Part shown: positions 26,514 through 34,659 of the stretch, one piece after another
How the letters are laid out: every line of letters begins with the position of its first letter
Numbering within the stretch: position 1 is the first letter of the stretch
Assembly: GCA_043813605.1 (NCBI GenBank)
Contig: JBDRKX010000127.1
Coordinates: 1-34,659 of the forward strand
Length of the DNA: 34,659 nt
Origin: Elusimicrobiota bacterium
GTDB taxonomy: Bacteria > CG03 > SLGR01 > JBDRKX01
Direction: 5' to 3'
The notes under the pieces: generated by a model
Database searches by the model: none
What the model was told of the DNA's origin: nothing
Seen by the model: the letters and a program-made list of their open reading frames with translations, nothing else
Program-made: the position numbers and the translations under genes

Positions 26514-27388
26514 TGACGGAAGACACTATAAAGATAGGAGTAATAGGCGGCAGCGGTATATATGAAGTTGAGGGGATATCAAATATAGAAGAACGCAAAG
26601 TAGACACGCCTTTCGGAGAACCCTCGGATAATGTTATTGTCGGTGAGATATCCGGTATAAAAGTGGCATTTTTGCCGCGGCACGGCCGGGGGCACAGGTA
26701 CATGCCCACAGGTGTGAATTACAGGGCGAATATCTTTGCCCTTAAAAAACTGGGTGTCGAAAAGATAGTTTCTCTGAGCGCTGTCGGCAGCATGAAAAAA
26801 GAGCTGAAACCAGGCGACGTAGTCCTTGTAGACCAGTATTATGACCACACAAAACACAGGGCATCTACATTCTATGGTACGGGAATGGTCGTTCATATAG
26901 GGTTCTCAGAACCTGTATGCGCTTCTCTTGCGGATACTGTGGCGCAGGCGGCCGCATCCGAAGGTGCTACCGTCCACCGGGGAGGGACATATATATGCAT
27001 GGAAGGACCGCAGTTTTCCACAAGAGGCGAGTCGGATATATATCGGTCCTGGGGTGTCAGCGTAATAGGTATGACCGCTATGCCGGAAGCAAAACTTGCA
27101 AGAGAAGCAGAGATATGCTATGCGACCATGGCACTGGTAACAGATTACGATTGCTGGAACACTGAACATGATGCGGTAACAGTTGATATGGTTGTAAAAC
27201 AGCTGTTTGAGAATGCTGACATCGCAAAAAAGACAATTGTCGGTGTTGTAGAAAAATATGCCCAATATGGAATAGAGACATGCGCGTGTAATGAAGCTCT
27301 GAAAAATGCAGTGATGACAGCTCCTGATAAGATAGATCCTAAAATGCGCGAGGAACTTGATATACTTATCGGTAAATACATCAAGTAG
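26513..27388 (+). CDS. mtnP: S-methyl-5'-thioadenosine phosphorylase
   Basis: IGVIGGSG, TPFGEPS, PRHGRGH, NYRANI, EGPQFSTRGES, IGMT, TDYDCW. Confidence 0.93.
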   Translation: MTEDTIKIGVIGGSGIYEVEGISNIEERKVDTPFGEPSDNVIVGEISGIKVAFLPRHGRGHRYMPTGVNYRANIFALKKLGVEKIVSLSAVGSMKKELKPGDVVLVDQYYDHTKHRASTFYGTGMVVHIGFSEPVCASLADTVAQAAASEGATVHRGGTYICMEGPQFSTRGESDIYRSWGVSVIGMTAMPEAKLAREAEICYATMALVTDYDCWNTEHDAVTVDMVVKQLFENADIAKKTIVGVVEKYAQYGIETCACNEALKNAVMTAPDKIDPKMREELDILIGKYIK

Positions 27389-27401
27389 ACAGAGAATGTG
27401 C

Positions 27402-27410
27402 TGTTAAAAT
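27402..27410 (+). promoter_or_regulatory. Possible internal extended -10 promoter
   Basis: TG-T-TAAAAT in a 52-bp gap upstream of the PfkB gene; no good -35. Confidence 0.25.
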
Positions 27411-27440
27411 ATTTAGCTGATACTTGAAAAGAGGTAGAAG

Positions 27441-28394
27441 ATGAATGGTAAAAATAAAGTGCTGGTTGTGGGATCGGTAGCTCTTGATGATATAGAGACG
27501 CCGTTTGGTTCGAGGGATGCCTCTTTGGGCGGGTCTGCTGTCTTTTTTTCTTGGGCATGCAGCCTGTTCTCTGAAGTAAGTATGGTAGGTGTCGTAGGCG
27601 ACGATTTTCCTGCAGAATACACTGACGATATGAACAGAAGAGGCATAGATACAAATGGACTTGTTGTTAAAGAAGGCAAGACCTTTCACTGGAAAGGCAG
27701 ATACGATTTTGACTGCAATATAGCCCATACAATACAGACGGATCTGAATGTCTTTGGAGACTTCAGCCCCGAACTATTAGGTTATCAGAAAGATATTCCT
27801 TACCTGTTTCTTGCTAATATAGACCCGGTTATACAGCTAAGAGTAGCAAAGGAGATGAAGAATCCTTCTGTTATTGCTACTGATACGATGAACTACTGGA
27901 TCGAGAGCAAGAGAGATGATCTGATGAAAGTCCTGGAGATAACAGATTTTCTTCTTGTAAACGATGCAGAAGCCCGCCAGCTCGCTGAAGAGGCTAATCT
28001 GGTAACTGCGGCAAAGAAAATACTGACATGGGGGCCCAAGACAATTATTGTGAAACAGGGTGAATACGGAGTGACAATGTTCTATTCATCCGGCGGGGCA
28101 CCAAAGATAGAAACCTTCTCAGCACCTTCGATACCGCTTGAGACAGTGACTGACCCGACTGGAGCCGGGGATAGTTTTGCCGGCGGTTTTATCGGTTATC
28201 TTGCTATGAACGGTTCTATCAGCGATGAGACGATACGCCGTGCGGTTGTCATGGGAAGCGTTGTTGCTTCATTTACAGTAGAAGGTTTCAGTATTGATGT
28301 ACTTAGAAAAGCTCAAAAAGAGGAAATACATAAAAGGTTCAGCAAACTGCGCAAGATATCTTATTTTGAGGATATTGAGGAGGGACTCGTATGA
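27441..28394 (+). CDS. PfkB/ribokinase family kinase (sugar or nucleoside kinase)
   Basis: VVGSVALD, GGSA, VNDAEA, VKQGEYG, DPTGAGDSFAGG. Confidence 0.92.
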   Translation: MNGKNKVLVVGSVALDDIETPFGSRDASLGGSAVFFSWACSLFSEVSMVGVVGDDFPAEYTDDMNRRGIDTNGLVVKEGKTFHWKGRYDFDCNIAHTIQTDLNVFGDFSPELLGYQKDIPYLFLANIDPVIQLRVAKEMKNPSVIATDTMNYWIESKRDDLMKVLEITDFLLVNDAEARQLAEEANLVTAAKKILTWGPKTIIVKQGEYGVTMFYSSGGAPKIETFSAPSIPLETVTDPTGAGDSFAGGFIGYLAMNGSISDETIRRAVVMGSVVASFTVEGFSIDVLRKAQKEEIHKRFSKLRKISYFEDIEEGLV

Positions 28395-29389
28395 GAATAG
28401 GCAGAAATTTCACAAATATGCTTGAGACTTCGTTCCTTGATGATTGTGAAAGGGAACTTTTCCGTGACGGAAAACTGCCTGTTCATGACATGGATGCCCG
28501 GGTACAGATACGTGCTAAAAAGGATATAATAAATCAGCTGAATGTAGGCAGCGAAATAGGTGTTACTCATATTGAACTGGACGGCGGCGTACCGAACCCT
28601 TTTCTGGAAATGCCTGACCAGGAACTTGCTGCAGCAAGGGCCCACGCTGAAAAAACGGATATGACACTTTCTTTACACCTGCCGTATACGTATGTGGGAG
28701 CTGCTACTATAACGTTCCAAGAATCTGACAGACAGATAGCTGTTGGTTTGCAGAAAAAATATATAGATGTGGCGGCAAAACTCGGATGTACTTCCGTAGT
28801 CATGCATCCTGGTACGGTGCCTTTTTACCAGGCAGTAGGGGAATACCTTGCAATACTGAAAGAATCAATGCTAAAGACGCTTTCGGACCTTTACCCGTAT
28901 GCGGCAGAAAAGGGCATAGTGTTCCATCTGGAGAATAATACCGCTTTTGATTCTTACGGAGTATATAACAGCGAAATGATAGAACTGCTCGAAGAAGCCA
29001 ATGCCGGCGGACTTGATGTGAAATACTGTTTTGATATCGGCCATTGGCTTACTATAGGGCTGCCAATGCACAGGGCGAAATTCAATAGTGAGCAGATCCC
29101 GGAAAATCCTGAAGACATTGTTAAAGATATACCCTCCGAGCTCTTCTACCAGGTGCATCTGAATGACTTCTATATCGACGGGGATAAGTTTAAATTCCAT
29201 CCGCCGTTACACTTGCAGACCGGGTTTTTGAAAAAAAATAACCTAAATAACCTTGCTGCCATATTCAGGGACAAGGGTGTAGAGATAGTCGTTGTGGAAA
29301 CAGCAGTGAGAGAGATAGATGAACTGCTGAACGCCAGGGATATACTGGCACGGGAAACAGAATACCTGAATGAGGTTTTCGGGCAATGA
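28391..29389 (+). CDS. Xylose-isomerase-like/AP-endonuclease-2 TIM-barrel metalloprotein, copy B
   Basis: SLHL, MHPG, HLENN, FDIGH, VHLND, FHPP, VET. Paralog of 23255-24244. Confidence 0.8.
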   Translation: MRIGRNFTNMLETSFLDDCERELFRDGKLPVHDMDARVQIRAKKDIINQLNVGSEIGVTHIELDGGVPNPFLEMPDQELAAARAHAEKTDMTLSLHLPYTYVGAATITFQESDRQIAVGLQKKYIDVAAKLGCTSVVMHPGTVPFYQAVGEYLAILKESMLKTLSDLYPYAAEKGIVFHLENNTAFDSYGVYNSEMIELLEEANAGGLDVKYCFDIGHWLTIGLPMHRAKFNSEQIPENPEDIVKDIPSELFYQVHLNDFYIDGDKFKFHPPLHLQTGFLKKNNLNNLAAIFRDKGVEIVVVETAVREIDELLNARDILARETEYLNEVFGQ

Positions 29390-30027
29390 TTGTCTTTCTT
29401 CTTGGAATACCAGGGTGCGGAAAGAGCGAGTTTTACAGGCGGCTTACAGCAAAACTGGAAGATGCGGGACTTTTCAGTGAGTTCCCGAGAGTGGATGATT
29501 TTCCCAAACTGTGGGCAATATTCCAGCAAGATGAGAAGTCCGGAAAATGGGAGCGTTCACGTCCGACTGATGACGGCGGATATAAAGTTACAGATGACGG
29601 TGTGTGGGACGATATTCTCAAGGAAGTAAATAGCGATGTAATGAAAATGGTCGATGACGGGCTGGGAAACAGCCTTCTCTTCATAGAATTCTCAAGGCCG
29701 GATTATGTTCATTCGATAACAGGGAATTTTTCTCACAAACTGTTTACTTCTGCAACAGCCGTATATCTTGATGTGCCTTTTGACATATGCTGGCAGAGAA
29801 ATGTCAGGAGGCACGAGAGGGCGCTGGAGGCCGGAACGGATGACCACCTGGTTTCAAGAGAGGAAATGGAAAAGACATACGGTTCGGATGACGGCAGAGA
29901 ACTGGCTGACAGATTACCTTTTTCTGTCGTTTATATAAAAAACGATACGCAAGACGAAAATGATTTTACGCAACTGGACGATGGAGTAGACAGGGTATTT
30001 GCTTTAATACAAGGAAATGGTAGATGA
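29386..30027 (+). CDS. P-loop kinase-like protein, copy B
   Basis: GIPGCGKS, VDDFP, CWQRNVRR. Paralog of 24241-24882. Confidence 0.78.
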   Translation: MIVFLLGIPGCGKSEFYRRLTAKLEDAGLFSEFPRVDDFPKLWAIFQQDEKSGKWERSRPTDDGGYKVTDDGVWDDILKEVNSDVMKMVDDGLGNSLLFIEFSRPDYVHSITGNFSHKLFTSATAVYLDVPFDICWQRNVRRHERALEAGTDDHLVSREEMEKTYGSDDGRELADRLPFSVVYIKNDTQDENDFTQLDDGVDRVFALIQGNGR

Positions 30028-31079
30028 GCCTGCCTGACGAACTTCTGAGAAAACTTCCTAAAACGGATCTGCATTGTCATCTTGACGGTTCAATACGTAC
30101 CTCTACTATTATAGAACTTGCCAGGGAACAGGGTTACCCGCTGCCTGCGGACAATGTGGAAGAACTCAGGCCCTACGTAAGGGTACCTCTGGATTGCAGG
30201 TCGCTGGGTGATTTTCTTGCCAGGTTTGAGGTCTTTTATCCGCTTTTAACTAATCCGGCCGCTCTTGAAAGGATATCATACGAACTCATGCGTGACTGTT
30301 CGGCAGAAAACGTCAAGTATCTTGAAATAAGATTTGCGCCTGTACTGCAGAAGACGGACAGTTTCCCTATTTCTCAGGTAGTTGAATCCGTGCTTGCCGG
30401 TATAAAAAAAGGAGAACGGGATTATCCGATCAGAGGCGGACTTCTTCTGTGCCTTTACAGGGGAACTCTGCCGGAAGATTCGATTGAAACAGTCGGCTGT
30501 GCCATATCTCTTAGAGAAAATGGCGTATGCGGTATAGATATAGCTGGTGATGAGAGCAGGTATCCGCTTGAAGATTTCATAACTCCGGTTAAGATGGCAA
30601 GGGAAGCCGGAGTCAATATAACCATACATGCGGGTGAAGCCGCCGGTGCGGAATACATCAAAGAAGCTGTTGCTATGGGTGCAAACAGGATAGGTCACGG
30701 TGTAACACTGGCGGAAGATCCTGCGCTTATGGAAGAACTCGCCCGAAAAGAGGTGCCGCTGGAAATATGCATAACATCAAACGTGCATACGCAGGTAGTG
30801 AAAGATTACGAGACTCATCCGTTTAGGAAGTTTGTAGAAAACGGGGTAAAGGTCACGCTTAATACTGATGACAGGGGTGTAAGCGGCATAGACCTTACCT
30901 ACGAATATGAGAAAGCTTCGGAGTTGGGGCTGTCTCTTGAAGATATTCAAGGGATAATGATAAACGGGGTCGAAGCCGCTTTTCTGGATAAGGAAGAAAA
31001 AGAAGAGTTGAAAACGATATTTCTGAAAGAGATAAAAGAGGTGACTGGAGGGTATGATGTCAAAAGAAGAACTTATTAA
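30024..31079 (+). CDS. add: Adenosine deaminase
   Basis: LPKTDLHCHLDGS, EIRFAP, GIDIAGDE, HAGE, RIGHG, CITSN, LNTDD. Confidence 0.94.
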   Translation: MSLPDELLRKLPKTDLHCHLDGSIRTSTIIELAREQGYPLPADNVEELRPYVRVPLDCRSLGDFLARFEVFYPLLTNPAALERISYELMRDCSAENVKYLEIRFAPVLQKTDSFPISQVVESVLAGIKKGERDYPIRGGLLLCLYRGTLPEDSIETVGCAISLRENGVCGIDIAGDESRYPLEDFITPVKMAREAGVNITIHAGEAAGAEYIKEAVAMGANRIGHGVTLAEDPALMEELARKEVPLEICITSNVHTQVVKDYETHPFRKFVENGVKVTLNTDDRGVSGIDLTYEYEKASELGLSLEDIQGIMINGVEAAFLDKEEKEELKTIFLKEIKEVTGGYDVKRRTY

Positions 31080-31488
31080 AAAAGCCGTTGAATACAGAGA
31101 GAAGGCTTATGCTCCGTACAGCAAATTTAAGGTCGGCGCTGCTGTGGAAGGGGAAAGCGGCCGGATATACGGAGGCTGCAATGTGGAAAATTCTTCTTAC
31201 GGTATGACTATTTGCGCTGAAAGGGCGGCTATAGTGAAAGCAGTGTCAGAGGGCGAGACAAAGATAGTAAGGATGGCAGTTGTTACTGTTGATAAAGATG
31301 TTTCTCTTCCGTGCGGTGCATGCCGGCAGGTGCTTTTAGAATTCGGACGGGAAGCTGAAGTATACTGTTGTGATACTGAAGGAAACTGCAAAGAGTACAG
31401 TGCCCGTGACCTTATCCCTCATTTTGATAACAGTAATGTGTTCAGGAAGAACCTGGATGAACTGAGAAGAAAAGACGGCCTTGAATAA
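31054..31488 (+). CDS. cdd: Cytidine deaminase (homotetrameric type)
   Basis: AYAPYSKFKVGAA, GCNVEN, CAER, PCGACRQ. Confidence 0.96.
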   Translation: MMSKEELIKKAVEYREKAYAPYSKFKVGAAVEGESGRIYGGCNVENSSYGMTICAERAAIVKAVSEGETKIVRMAVVTVDKDVSLPCGACRQVLLEFGREAEVYCCDTEGNCKEYSARDLIPHFDNSNVFRKNLDELRRKDGLE

Positions 31489-31491
31489 TAT

Positions 31492-32520
31492 ATGAGAATA
31501 AGGGAAAGATTCGAAGAATGGGAAAAGAACAATCTTTCTCCATATGCTACACTTAGTACTTCTACAGCCGGGCGGGCAGAAAGCGAAGATCCTTGTCCTG
31601 TAAGGACAGAATTCCAGATAGACAGGGACAGGATACTGCATTCTTTAGGTTTCCGCCTGCTCAAGCATAAAACGCAGGTATTCCTTTCTACAAGCGGAGA
31701 ACAGTTCAGGACAAGGCTCACACATACGCTGGAAGTCGCTTCCATTGCCAGATATATAGCCCAGGGGCTGGATCTGAACCGGGATCTTGTTGAAGCGATC
31801 GCTCTGGGACATGATCTCGGGCATACTCCTTTCGGTCATATAGGTGAAGTCGTGTTAAACGAACTCACATCCTTCAGATTCAAGCATAGTGAACAGGGTG
31901 TAAGGGTAGTTACTCTTATAGAGAATTCCGGAAAGGGACTTAATCTTACTCGGGAAGTAATTGACGGTATAAGCGAACATTCCAAAGGGACGATCAGTAT
32001 GGCTGTTCTTCATGATTCGGACGGCGGAGCAAAGCTCAATAGAGCGTCCAGCATAGAAGGTGAAGTCGTACAGTTTTCTGACTGGTTTGCGTATATTAAT
32101 CATGATATCGACGACGCTTTCAATATGGGGATCATAAAACCGGATGACCTGCCGGGAAAAGCTTCACGGGTACTCGGGTATAATTTCAGGTGGCGTCTGG
32201 TAACTATGCTGCAGGACGTGATCGAAGCCAGCAGAAAAAAAAACCACATATATATGAGCAGCGAAGTGCTGGAAGCAACAGACGAACTTCGCCAGTTTCT
32301 GTATGACCGCGTATACTGCATGGTGGAGATAGCAAAAAAACAGGATTATGCAAAGGAACTGCTTACATACCTGTTTGAGTATTTTAAAGATAACTATGAC
32401 CTGGTTACCCGGGAAATGCCGTTTCTTGATAACGAGGATCCAGAGCGGGGAGCCTGTGATTATGTCGCTTTCCTTACAGATAAAAAGGCACAGGAGTCTT
32501 ATAGTGCCGTAAAGAACTGA
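31492..32520 (+). CDS. dgt: HD-domain deoxyguanosinetriphosphate triphosphohydrolase-like protein
   Basis: RTEFQIDRDRILHS, KHKTQVF, RTRLTHTLEV, GHDLGHTPFGH, AYINHDIDD. Confidence 0.92.
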   Translation: MRIRERFEEWEKNNLSPYATLSTSTAGRAESEDPCPVRTEFQIDRDRILHSLGFRLLKHKTQVFLSTSGEQFRTRLTHTLEVASIARYIAQGLDLNRDLVEAIALGHDLGHTPFGHIGEVVLNELTSFRFKHSEQGVRVVTLIENSGKGLNLTREVIDGISEHSKGTISMAVLHDSDGGAKLNRASSIEGEVVQFSDWFAYINHDIDDAFNMGIIKPDDLPGKASRVLGYNFRWRLVTMLQDVIEASRKKNHIYMSSEVLEATDELRQFLYDRVYCMVEIAKKQDYAKELLTYLFEYFKDNYDLVTREMPFLDNEDPERGACDYVAFLTDKKAQESYSAVKN

Positions 32521-32522
32521 CG

Positions 32523-33038
32523 ATGAGATTCGGTACTTCAATTATACTGTTTACTTTTTTCTGCATAACGGGTTGTGCGGTAACTGCGCGTCAAAAAGTC
32601 CCGGTAGCAATTGAAAAGGTGGATGAGGAGACTGCTCAGAAAGTACGAAAAACGCTGGAAAAAGTGCGGAAAATGGCTTCGCAGAGCTCACTTGATTACC
32701 TGGGAAGAAATACCATGAACGAATCAGTTATGCTTATGGACCTTGGACCGGCTGTTTCTTCGATACTCGTTGAAGAGCTCAGGACCACATCCGATTGGAA
32801 ATACAGGTTTTGGCTGGTAGATATGCTCGGTTTTCTGCCTACACCCGACAATATCATACCTCTGATAGAAGTACTGGAGGATTACACTGAAAATGTATCT
32901 GTCAGGTTGAGGGCATGCGAATCACTCAAGGAATTAAAATACAGAGAAGCAGTGGAACATCTTATGATATCCCGGGATATGGTGAAATCCCAGAAGATAG
33001 CTGAAAAAATAGATGAATCTATAGGTTATCTCAGGTAG
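32523..33038 (+). CDS. Putative lipoprotein with HEAT-like repeats
   Basis: Signal peptide ending in lipobox ITGC (Cys18). Helical repeats such as IIPLIEVL...VRLRACESL. Confidence 0.65.
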   Translation: MRFGTSIILFTFFCITGCAVTARQKVPVAIEKVDEETAQKVRKTLEKVRKMASQSSLDYLGRNTMNESVMLMDLGPAVSSILVEELRTTSDWKYRFWLVDMLGFLPTPDNIIPLIEVLEDYTENVSVRLRACESLKELKYREAVEHLMISRDMVKSQKIAEKIDESIGYLR

Positions 33039-33462
33039 GATCTTCGGCAGGTTCCATATGTTGATGTTTTTTAGCGTATTTTGCAGGCTCTTCAGCCTGT
33101 TCTGCTGGTTCATCTTCAACCATCTGGCATGTGCCGTCAAATTTTGCGCCTTCAGCTATAGACAGTTTGGAAGTCTTTATATCACCGTTTAGTGAAGATC
33201 CTTTGATAAGCTCGAGGGATTCAGCGGCATGGATGTTCCCGACAACTCTTCCCGCTAGGCTTACTCCAAGTGAACTTATGTTTCCTTCCACAAGGCCGGT
33301 TTCGCCGATTATGACGCCGGATGCTTTTGTTATGCCGCCTTTGACTATACCGTCCACCCTGATGGTACCTGATGCCTCTATTATGCCGTCTACCTTAGTA
33401 TCCTGACTTATTAGAGTCTCTATGGTGCCGAATAATGAATTTTTGTGCTTCTGTTTTTTCAA
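33031..33462 (-). CDS. Bactofilin (polymer-forming cytoskeletal protein, CcmA-like)
   Basis: TLI...T.V.G.I...G.IRVDG...IGETG.V.GNI...G.V.GNI...LEL...GDI....LSIAEGA.F.G beta-helix pattern. TTG start with GGAGG SD. Confidence 0.92.
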   Translation of the reverse strand: MKKQKHKNSLFGTIETLISQDTKVDGIIEASGTIRVDGIVKGGITKASGVIIGETGLVEGNISSLGVSLAGRVVGNIHAAESLELIKGSSLNGDIKTSKLSIAEGAKFDGTCQMVEDEPAEQAEEPAKYAKKHQHMEPAEDPT

Positions 33463-33468
33463 TTAAGG

Positions 33469-34377
33469 TTACCTCCCCTTGACGAAATTCATGGGATTGA
33501 CGGGTTTTCCCTTGTGCCAGACCTCATAATGCAGATGGGGCCCGGTACTAAACCCTGTGTTGCCGATGTAGGCAATTATTTGTCCCTGTTCGACTTGTTC
33601 TCCCTGATTAACGATAATTTTATAGCAATGGCAGTACCTGGTGGAAAAACCGTTGCCGTGATCTATGATCACTATCCTTCCAAGACCTCCTGCCCAGCCG
33701 GCAAGGACAACTTTGCCGCGTGCGGTAGCTCTGATAGGAGAATTTCTTTGTAACACATTATAAATGTCGAGAGCCCTGTGAAATTCCTTGCGGCCGGTGA
33801 TCGGGTGTATCCTCCACCCGTAACCGCTTGTCAGGTAACCGAAAGTAGGCCAGATAGACGGAGTAGACAGGAGTATATCTCTTTGCTTGTCGAGAAATCC
33901 CCCGATCTTCTTAATACTTTGCTGCTGTTCCCATATCTCCCGGTTTGCTTCCTTGACATTGGCTTCAAAACGGTAACGGTCGTAAAGGGAATCCATCTCG
34001 AACGGGAGGTTAAGATTGTCTATTGTACCTCCGACATGGTAGTTCTCAATGATGTTCCTAGAAGATTTCATGCCGATCATTCCTCTGAGTTCTACATCAA
34101 TATTCTTTACTTTCTGCAGAAGGCTTAATGTCTCGTCTACCTGCTTGGAATAGATCTGCTTCTCTTTTACGAGTTTTCTGTTTGTTTCCATGGCATTCAG
34201 GTAGCCGGTATATATTTTGGACAGGTGGAACCCGCCATAGCCTATCAACAGGACTATTGTCACCAGAAACATTATAAAAGGATGGGATATCCTTATATGA
34301 AACGAACGGCCGGCGTAACCGGGGGCGAATATAATAGTCGTCTTTTTTCCGAACCAGTTTTTGATTTTCTTAAACAT
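33469..34377 (-). CDS. M23 family peptidoglycan metallopeptidase (TM + coiled coil + M23)
   Basis: PSIWP..G.LTSGYG.R.HP, HRALD (HxxxD), STGPHLHYEV (HxH). Confidence 0.93.
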   Translation of the reverse strand: MFKKIKNWFGKKTTIIFAPGYAGRSFHIRISHPFIMFLVTIVLLIGYGGFHLSKIYTGYLNAMETNRKLVKEKQIYSKQVDETLSLLQKVKNIDVELRGMIGMKSSRNIIENYHVGGTIDNLNLPFEMDSLYDRYRFEANVKEANREIWEQQQSIKKIGGFLDKQRDILLSTPSIWPTFGYLTSGYGWRIHPITGRKEFHRALDIYNVLQRNSPIRATARGKVVLAGWAGGLGRIVIIDHGNGFSTRYCHCYKIIVNQGEQVEQGQIIAYIGNTGFSTGPHLHYEVWHKGKPVNPMNFVKGR

Positions 34378-34386
34378 TCCATTAAA

Positions 34387-34415
34387 ATGTTAATATATTA
34401 GACTACAATTGTCAA
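34387..34415 (-). promoter_or_regulatory. Putative sigma70 promoter for the M23-bactofilin operon
   Basis: Minus strand TTGACA (34415-34410), 17-bp spacer, TAACAT (34392-34387). Confidence 0.5.
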
Positions 34416-34444
34416 TGTAACATTTATAATGATTATTTGATTAT

Positions 34445-34473
34445 TTGACACGAAAAGCAAATTTTTGTATATA
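34445..34473 (+). promoter_or_regulatory. Putative sigma70 promoter for tRNA-Phe
   Basis: TTGACA (34445-34450), 17-bp spacer, TATATA (34468-34473). Confidence 0.5.
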
Positions 34474-34492
34474 TCCGTTATATGATATGGGT

Positions 34493-34568
<76 letters not shown>

Positions 34569-34612
34569 TTTTAGTTTTGAACTATTTAGGAAGTCAGTAA
34601 AGGAAGAAATCT

Positions 34613-34654
34613 CTCCCAGCTCAGCTCTGCGCCCTCCCAGCTCAGCCCTGCGCC
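34613..34654. repeat. GC-rich 21-bp tandem repeat (2 copies) near the window edge
   Basis: CTCCCAGCTCAGCTCTGCGCC followed by CTCCCAGCTCAGCCCTGCGCC (1 mismatch). Confidence 0.7.
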
Positions 34655-34659
34655 CCTCG

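Noticed and set aside
33031..34377. M23 peptidase-bactofilin pair as a novel system
   Set aside because: This is a well-established cell-shape gene pairing, on the opposite strand and apparently unrelated to the catabolic cluster.

Overview
Bacterial window with 37 co-oriented + strand genes (51-33038), many overlapping by a few bases. (1) 51-9903: a sugar-phosphate-utilisation (SPU)-type bacterial microcompartment (BMC) locus with 3 BMC-H, 1 PduT-like BMC-T, 3 BMC-P, PduL, acylating aldehyde dehydrogenase, PduS-like Fe-S flavoprotein, two RpiB paralogs, a multidomain DeoC and an N-terminally extended triosephosphate isomerase. (2) 9896-14873: a degenerate cyclodeaminase-like protein, an atypical DnaA-like AAA+ protein (no domain IV HTH; Pro-rich linkers, two zinc ribbons, unknown C-terminal domain) and a histidine kinase/receiver pair. 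(3) 14948-32520: a nucleoside/nucleic-acid catabolism cluster (transketolase, ade, deoB, PNP, pdp, mtnP, PfkB kinase, add, cdd, dGTPase-like, DHH phosphoesterase, Pur-alpha-like protein) containing two copies of an uncharacterised TIM-barrel + P-loop kinase module. The window ends with a lipoprotein, a convergent M23 peptidase-bactofilin pair and tRNA-Phe(GAA). Three intergenic elements built from inverted 7-bp tandem repeats lie in the BMC locus. No CRISPR array, rRNA or transposase was seen. All calls come from manual motif recognition; no database searches were run.
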